Assembly (NCBI GenBank): GCA_050953245.1
Contig: JBMNMG010000002.1
Span: 650,903 to 714,902, forward strand
Source of the DNA: Bacteroidales bacterium
GTDB taxonomy: Bacteria > Bacteroidota > Bacteroidia > Bacteroidales > BM520
Direction of reading: 5' to 3'
DNA: 64,000 bases
In this document: positions 58,098 through 64,000 of the stretch, one piece after another
How the letters are laid out: each line of letters starts with the position of its first letter
How positions within the stretch are numbered: position 1 is the stretch's first letter
Translations under genes and position numbers: made by a program
Notes under the pieces: generated by a model
Told to the model about the DNA's origin: nothing
Database searches by the model: none
Seen by the model: only the letters and a program-made list of their open reading frames with translations

Positions 58098-59603
58098 TTA
58101 TTTTAAAGAAAAGTTTTTATCTTTTAATAACACATCGTGAGCCCCACCTTCTACAATACTTACTGATGAAACTAATGTTAGTTTTGCATTTTTTTGTAAT
58201 TCCGGTATTGTGAGTACTCCACAATTACACATTGTAGATTTTATTTTACTTAATGTAACAGATAAGTTGTCATGTAAACTTCCGGCATATGGAACATAAG
58301 AGTCTACTCCTTCTTCAAAAGATAATTTTCTATCGCCTCCCATATCGTATCTTTGCCAATTTCTGGCACGCGCAGATCCTTCACCCCAATACTCTTTCAT
58401 ATAATTGCCATTAATCATTACTTTATTAGTTGGGCTTTCATCAAATCTGGAAAAATATCTGCCTAACATACAAAAATCAGCGCCCATTGCAAGTGCTAAA
58501 GTAATATGATAATCGTGAACTATACCGCCATCCGAACAAATAGGAATATAAATACCGGTTTTTTCGAAATATTCGTCTCTTGCTTTACTTACTTCTAAAA
58601 CAGCTGATGCTTGACCTCTTCCGATTCCTTTAGTTTCTCTTGTAATACAAATAGATCCTCCTCCGATACCAACTTTTACAAAATCGGCACCTGATTCGGC
58701 TAAAAATAAAAATCCATCTCTGTCTACTACGTTACCTGCACCTACCTTAACAGAATTACCAAATTTATTTCTGATATAATCAATAGTTATTTTTTGCCAC
58801 TCGGTAAAACCTTCGGAAGAATCTATACACAGGATATCTGCGCCGGCATCTACTAATGCCGGAACTCTTTCGTCATAATCCCTGGTATTTATACCTGCTC
58901 CTACCACAAAACGCTTTTTATTATCTAATAGTTCGTTTGGATGTTCTTGATGCGCATCAAAATCTTTACGGAAAACAAATGAAACTAACCTTTTATTTTT
59001 ATCTAAAATTGGCAAAGCATTTAATTTATTATCCCAAATAATATCATTGGCTTTTGATAATGAAACTCCTTCTTCAGCATAAATAATTTTATCTATTGGA
59101 GTCATAAATTTTTCAACTTTAGTAGAATGATCCATTCTATTTTCACGATAATCTCTACTTGTAACAATACCCAAGAGTTTTCCGTTACTTCTTCCATTTT
59201 CTGTTACGGCAACAGTAGAGTGACCTGTTTTTTCTTTTAATCTTAATATATCTTCCAATGTTTGATCAGGACGGATATTAGAATCACTTGTAACAAAACC
59301 GGCTTTATGGTTTTTTACTTTTGATACCATATTGGCTTGATCTTCTATTGGTTGAGATCCATAAATAAAAGAAATACCACCTTCTTTAGCTAATGCAATT
59401 GCCATAGTATCGTTAGATACAGATTGCATAATTGCAGATACTAAAGGAATATTTAAAGACAAAGCAGGTTCTTCTCCTTTCTTAAATTTTACTAAAGGAG
59501 TTTTTAACGATGTGTTTGCCGGAATGCAATCTTTAGAAGAATAACCCGGAATTAAGAGATATTCGCTGAATGTATGAGATACTTCGGGATAAAGTTTTGA
59601 CAT
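58098..59603 (-). CDS. IMP dehydrogenase family protein (TIM barrel plus CBS pair), divergent GuaB-like
   Basis: Catalytic loop [15 protein letters not shown] region (LGIVTSRD..), 501 aa. The N-terminus [12 protein letters not shown] differs from the common GuaB FDDVLLxP pattern. Confidence 0.7.
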   Translation of the reverse strand: MSKLYPEVSHTFSEYLLIPGYSSKDCIPANTSLKTPLVKFKKGEEPALSLNIPLVSAIMQSVSNDTMAIALAKEGGISFIYGSQPIEDQANMVSKVKNHKAGFVTSDSNIRPDQTLEDILRLKEKTGHSTVAVTENGRSNGKLLGIVTSRDYRENRMDHSTKVEKFMTPIDKIIYAEEGVSLSKANDIIWDNKLNALPILDKNKRLVSFVFRKDFDAHQEHPNELLDNKKRFVVGAGINTRDYDERVPALVDAGADILCIDSSEGFTEWQKITIDYIRNKFGNSVKVGAGNVVDRDGFLFLAESGADFVKVGIGGGSICITRETKGIGRGQASAVLEVSKARDEYFEKTGIYIPICSDGGIVHDYHITLALAMGADFCMLGRYFSRFDESPTNKVMINGNYMKEYWGEGSARARNWQRYDMGGDRKLSFEEGVDSYVPYAGSLHDNLSVTLSKIKSTMCNCGVLTIPELQKNAKLTLVSSVSIVEGGAHDVLLKDKNFSLK

Positions 59604-59732
59604 AATAGATAGATTTATAAATAATTTTTACAAAAATACAATAATATTGATAAATAAAATATTAAATATTAAATTTTTTCTAATCTCTTGTCTCAATAAA
59701 TAATATTGAGAAAGCAAATCTTTATAACATTT

Positions 59733-62700
59733 CTATAATCCGTAAAAAATGCTAAACTTTAAATACATTTCTGTAGTTGCTGTAATATATTGATATGCAG
59801 GTAGATCCTTATATCGTTTTAACACTCTTTTGTTTTTAGGACTTTCACTTATTAATGTGTTAAATTCTTCGTTAGTTGAGTATGTAAACATATTATCGTT
59901 ATGATACATAAAAAAGTACTTATTATTGCCGTTAATTCCACTATTTAATATCATAATAGTTATAGCTTCAGTTCCACCGGCTTTTGAAATTTCAACTTTC
60001 CCATTAAAAGTTTTATTTACTTCTATGCCATCTATTGCTACTATTGTAAATGGCGCCACAGATGAAAAAACCTTGCGTTCATTATCCCATTTTAATTGCA
60101 AATCTGATAAAATAATTGTAGATTTATCTAAGTCAGGATTTGGGATTTTATCTCCATACTCTTTTAAGGAACTTAACTTTTCTTGATATTTTTCATCTGA
60201 TTTAAGAAGGTTTGCATTAGTCTGAAAGTTAGAGTTAGAGGTAGAACCGATACCACCAGAATTTAAGTCGTTGGCCATTAAAGTGAGAGCTTCTTTGTTA
60301 AAGTGAAAAGTTAAAAATAGGGAGGTATTCATATCGATTTCACCATCCACAATTTTATAATTAAAACTTCCGGCACTATTTACTTGGATTCGTCCTGGAA
60401 CTTCTATAAAATTTAGTACACCTGCACCTTCCATAGTGCAATTTGTTGTATTAAAAGTTAGATAGTTATTTGTTTCCGTTAATCCATTATTATTGATTAA
60501 ATATAAATCATCTTTAAATGATAATTCCCCTTCTATATTGAACATCTGAAAGTCAGGAATCTTATTTTTTTCTGTTAAAAATGCAGGATAAATAACAGCT
60601 CCGGGATTAGAAAAGATAAAACCATTACAAACTTGTCTTTTATTTATAGATAATAAGTTGTTACTTATAGGTAAATTTAAATTAGCTGGATCCGAATCGT
60701 CTGCTAATTGAACCCAAGTATCGTTATTAAAACATTTTTGTTTTATATTATAGTAACCATTAAAGTCTATCGTGGGTTTATGATTAAATAGGGTGATTGT
60801 ACCACTATAATCTACAGATGAATTTAGAGCCAGCGGGCTTAATTCATTAATAATTCCTCTACATAAAACTCTTTCAGAGTTTCCGGAAATTGTTTCTATA
60901 AATAAAGGAGTTTTATTACCTAAGTTATCAGTATAATTATAATATCCGGTGCCTGAAAAAGACTCTTTTGACTTAATTTCAGCAAAAATATTATATAATT
61001 TATGATATTTATGTTGTTTGTTTAATACAATAAATCCGTCGTTAATAGGCATTAAAGCACCTCCGGAAGTAATTCCAACAACTTTATCTTTAGGAAAAAT
61101 TGCAGCATCACAAATAGCAATATAATCTACTCCGTTTAATGATAAATAAGAACTTTGACAATCAAATTCCCCTGAGTTTGCGTAAAAACTTAAATCTTTA
61201 TTGCTAAGATTTTCTGAAATTAGAAAATAACCGTCTATTGGTTTATCTAAGGTAGCTTCTAATGTTTCTAAAGTTTCTGTTGAAGATTTGTAATTAGCAT
61301 CTCCTAAGATTAATTTGTCTTTATCTACTTTCCAAACAAATTCATTAAAGTTTGCTTTAAATCCATTTTCTTTGAAGTCTATATAAGATTTAGGATCATT
61401 ACTTAGAAATTTACCTGATTTTTCAGGAATATTCATATACAAACTATAATTTTTAGATTCTACAGAAGTATATTTATCACCTGGTAAATAATACAAAAAA
61501 TCTGCATTTTCAGCAGTAAAACTTTGGGATTTAAAAGAATAATCATTAGAAACAATTCTGCCTTGCCCATTAATTAAATATCCGTTACCCCCCATTTCCT
61601 TAGGAGAATAAGACAATTCCCCATGTAATTCTACTAACCCATAATACATTTGATACGGATCACCTGAAATAGTATTAAAAACCATATTATTTTCTATAGT
61701 ATTCCAAAACATTTCAGAACTTCCACCTTCTACATACGGATATTGAACACCTGTAGTTTGTTCTTGTATAATCACTCTATCTAAAATAGTTTTTGCAGAA
61801 TCAGGATAAAAAACGAAGTCTAAAGATTTTAATTCAGCCGATAAATAATCTAATTGTCCACTGCCTCTAAAACAATTATTACTTAAGATAATTGTGTTTT
61901 TAAATATTCCATTATTCCCATAAATAGGATATCCATCCTTAGGGGTTTTATGTTCAAATCCTAAAGATTTATCAGGCATTACTACTATTGGTTCCCTAAT
62001 GTTCTGGAAAATACCGGCACTGTTTAGTTCACCTTCCAGTGAAATATTTGTGGGAGCAAAAGTTTGCAAACTATCTATCTCAAAAGGGTCTAATTTAAAG
62101 TAGAATCTTTCTTTATCATAAACGCCATCGCATATACTGTTTTTATTATAATAAATAAATGCATTTCCGTTACAAGTAAAAATAGGGTAGTTATCAAATT
62201 GATCTACCATTCCGGATTTATTATAAGGCTGATTTACATTTAAAAAACCTTCTAAATCTTGAATAGGAGTATTTATCTTACTTAAAATACGACGTCCTTC
62301 CGTATCAATATCATTTGTTCTTATATAAAAGAACATAGAATCAATTTGAGAAAAATTAATTTTAAACCTATGATAATCTAATACACCCGATTGAACATAA
62401 AAGTCCAATAATCCCGCTTGTAAATATCCTGCAAATTCCAGATTCATCTCTTCTTTAATAGTAAGATGATTGTTTTTAGGAAAAATAATAACATTGTCTT
62501 TTTCGCTTACAGTAACTTTATTTACACCGTTTACCGTAATTAAATCTTTATTTAGATCTAAGAAACCATGAGGCTCGTTATGAGCAATAGAAAAAATACT
62601 AATAACGTCATAATCTCTTTTCTTTGCATAATTATCTATATAGTTAAATAATTTTGGCCTTAAAAAAATAGAGTCTGTAGTCAAGTCGTAATCTAATAAT

Positions 62701-64000
62701 TCAAAATTATACATTAATAACAACGATGTTTTAGATTGCTCTACACTTTGTTTTACAAAATCAACATATTCTGTTAGATGAAAGTTTAATTTATTTGTAT
62801 TTCTATAAAACTTTAATACACTTATTAATGAGTTTTTTCCATCTCGTGCTTCAAATTGTTTAAATCTATTTTCGGAAAAATAATTTTCTGATTCAAAATA
62901 TGCTTTACTTTCCCTACTAAACGTATAATCTGAAGTAAAAAAAATTGTATCGGATTGCATCTTCCAAGTTAATTTATCACAATAAATTTTTACTTTATGA
63001 AAAGTACTGGTAATTGGAGGAGAACCTATATTTTCAGCATCTCTATATATAGAAAGTTCATTATCTGAAGTAGATAATGCAACTTTTGATCTTGGGTGTG
63101 AAATTGTGTCGTGATCAGTAAGAAATTTAAATTTTGCATTATTTGTATGAAAACTTTTATCTTTAATATTAAATCTTTCGGATTCTACTAAGAAAAACAA
63201 TTTTCCCTTTTTGTGAATTGCTATAACTGCATTTTTATTGTTAATTGCAGACCCAATAATACTTTGTCCTTCAAGACTAAACCCTCCTGTATAATTTACA
63301 TTAGGATATATATTGTTAATACTCACAATTTCATTGACGTAAGGTATAAATTTAGGATATCTTGAAGTTTCTACATTTGCCCCTTGAATACATCTATCAG
63401 ACAAATTTCCTTTGATAGATGTATTAGGAAAATATTTTTTGTGATAAAAAGTTACATTGTCTAAATCAAAATTTACATTATCTAAAATAACAGTATATGA
63501 GTTTGGTAATGTAGCATACACACTATTTTTATCTAATCCAGCCTTTTGCCAATCTATTTTTCCATTTTTACCTTTAAACTCCTTAGTTAGAAAATTAATT
63601 TTTCCGGAACAATTGTAAATAACAATACTATCATATAAATCACAAATTAAATTAGCGTTTTCGAAAGTTACGAAAGGGGTATTATCTTCTATAGAAGTAA
63701 AAATAGATTTGGGGTTCACTACATTCCAATTAGTATTACCATTTTTAGAAATAGTATTCTTAGAAAATAACACATCCCAATCTGTAAGTAATGAGGCATT
63801 TACTTCGCTATTGGTAATGTTTGTAAGAAAGTTTTTACAATCTGTTATAGAATAATTCGATAAAATATAGGAATTAAATGCTTTAATAAAATTATTATAA
63901 ATTCTGAGATTGGAAGTTTGTCCAGAGAAATAATTAAGTCCGATAAGTAATTGGGTTTTATTTTGAGAATCGTTATTATTATCTTTTAAGAGATTAACAA
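59733..64000 (-). CDS. very large (more than 1,420 aa) N/F/Y/S-rich hypothetical protein, 5' end beyond the window
   Basis: The ORF-track start at 63773 is a GTG inside an open frame. My hand translation of 63774-64000 (…VNLLKDNNNDSQNKTQLLIGLNYFSGQTSNLRIYNNF…LLTDWDVLFSK) has no stop, so the gene continues past 64000. Confidence 0.7.
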   Translation of the reverse strand, partial: VNLLKDNNNDSQNKTQLLIGLNYFSGQTSNLRIYNNFIKAFNSYILSNYSITDCKNFLTNITNSEVNASLLTDWDVLFSKNTISKNGNTNWNVVNPKSIFTSIEDNTPFVTFENANLICDLYDSIVIYNCSGKINFLTKEFKGKNGKIDWQKAGLDKNSVYATLPNSYTVILDNVNFDLDNVTFYHKKYFPNTSIKGNLSDRCIQGANVETSRYPKFIPYVNEIVSINNIYPNVNYTGGFSLEGQSIIGSAINNKNAVIAIHKKGKLFFLVESERFNIKDKSFHTNNAKFKFLTDHDTISHPRSKVALSTSDNELSIYRDAENIGSPPITSTFHKVKIYCDKLTWKMQSDTIFFTSDYTFSRESKAYFESENYFSENRFKQFEARDGKNSLISVLKFYRNTNKLNFHLTEYVDFVKQSVEQSKTSLLLMYNFELLDYDLTTDSIFLRPKLFNYIDNYAKKRDYDVISIFSIAHNEPHGFLDLNKDLITVNGVNKVTVSEKDNVIIFPKNNHLTIKEEMNLEFAGYLQAGLLDFYVQSGVLDYHRFKINFSQIDSMFFYIRTNDIDTEGRRILSKINTPIQDLEGFLNVNQPYNKSGMVDQFDNYPIFTCNGNAFIYYNKNSICDGVYDKERFYFKLDPFEIDSLQTFAPTNISLEGELNSAGIFQNIREPIVVMPDKSLGFEHKTPKDGYPIYGNNGIFKNTIILSNNCFRGSGQLDYLSAELKSLDFVFYPDSAKTILDRVIIQEQTTGVQYPYVEGGSSEMFWNTIENNMVFNTISGDPYQMYYGLVELHGELSYSPKEMGGNGYLINGQGRIVSNDYSFKSQSFTAENADFLYYLPGDKYTSVESKNYSLYMNIPEKSGKFLSNDPKSYIDFKENGFKANFNEFVWKVDKDKLILGDANYKSSTETLETLEATLDKPIDGYFLISENLSNKDLSFYANSGEFDCQSSYLSLNGVDYIAICDAAIFPKDKVVGITSGGALMPINDGFIVLNKQHKYHKLYNIFAEIKSKESFSGTGYYNYTDNLGNKTPLFIETISGNSERVLCRGIINELSPLALNSSVDYSGTITLFNHKPTIDFNGYYNIKQKCFNNDTWVQLADDSDPANLNLPISNNLLSINKRQVCNGFIFSNPGAVIYPAFLTEKNKIPDFQMFNIEGELSFKDDLYLINNNGLTETNNYLTFNTTNCTMEGAGVLNFIEVPGRIQVNSAGSFNYKIVDGEIDMNTSLFLTFHFNKEALTLMANDLNSGGIGSTSNSNFQTNANLLKSDEKYQEKLSSLKEYGDKIPNPDLDKSTIILSDLQLKWDNERKVFSSVAPFTIVAIDGIEVNKTFNGKVEISKAGGTEAITIMILNSGINGNNKYFFMYHNDNMFTYSTNEEFNTLISESPKNKRVLKRYKDLPAYQYITATTEMYLKFSIFYGL

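Overview
AT-rich Bacteroidota chromosomal segment. The phylum call rests on T9SS C-terminal sorting tails, TAnnTTTG -7 promoter boxes, near-absence of Shine-Dalgarno sequences, DUF3467 after rpoC, and a Thr-Tyr-Gly-Thr tRNA cluster before tuf. The window is mostly core translation and transcription genes. On the minus strand: xerC-hpf-4 tRNAs-tuf-tRNA-Trp-secE-nusG-rplKAJL-rpoBC. On the plus strand: rpmG-DUF4295-rpsP-rplM-rpsI-rpsB-tsf. Also present are prs, rplY, rsmI, rpsU, rpmB, rimM, cinA and a YebC-family gene. Interspersed envelope and metabolic genes include two TlpA-like thioredoxin lipoproteins, M28/M23/S9/C10 peptidases, an OmpA/TSP3 protein, beta-barrel OMPs, gldA-like ABC ATPase, glycerate kinase, bcp, etfBA plus a long acyl-CoA dehydrogenase, a CDF transporter, and a wecB/GT4/IMPDH-like/NrtR-like string. 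I found no CRISPR array, IS/transposase, prophage or recognisable defence island, and I cannot point to a convincing new multi-gene system. The best leads are: (1) a roughly 690-aa long-form KamA-family radical SAM protein with an unassigned N-terminal half, behind a ~400-nt non-coding spacer; (2) a frameshifted OMP gene bracketed by two identical 26-nt terminator hairpins; (3) a CDF transporter whose His-rich N-terminus, encoded by a 9-bp tandem repeat, is out of frame with the body; (4) strong SD-like elements only at rpsU and rpmG; (5) a protein of more than 1,420 aa that runs off the window edge. Corrections to the ORF track: secE start, radical SAM start, several TTG-extended starts, one missed 51-aa ORF, and two ORFs open to the window edges.
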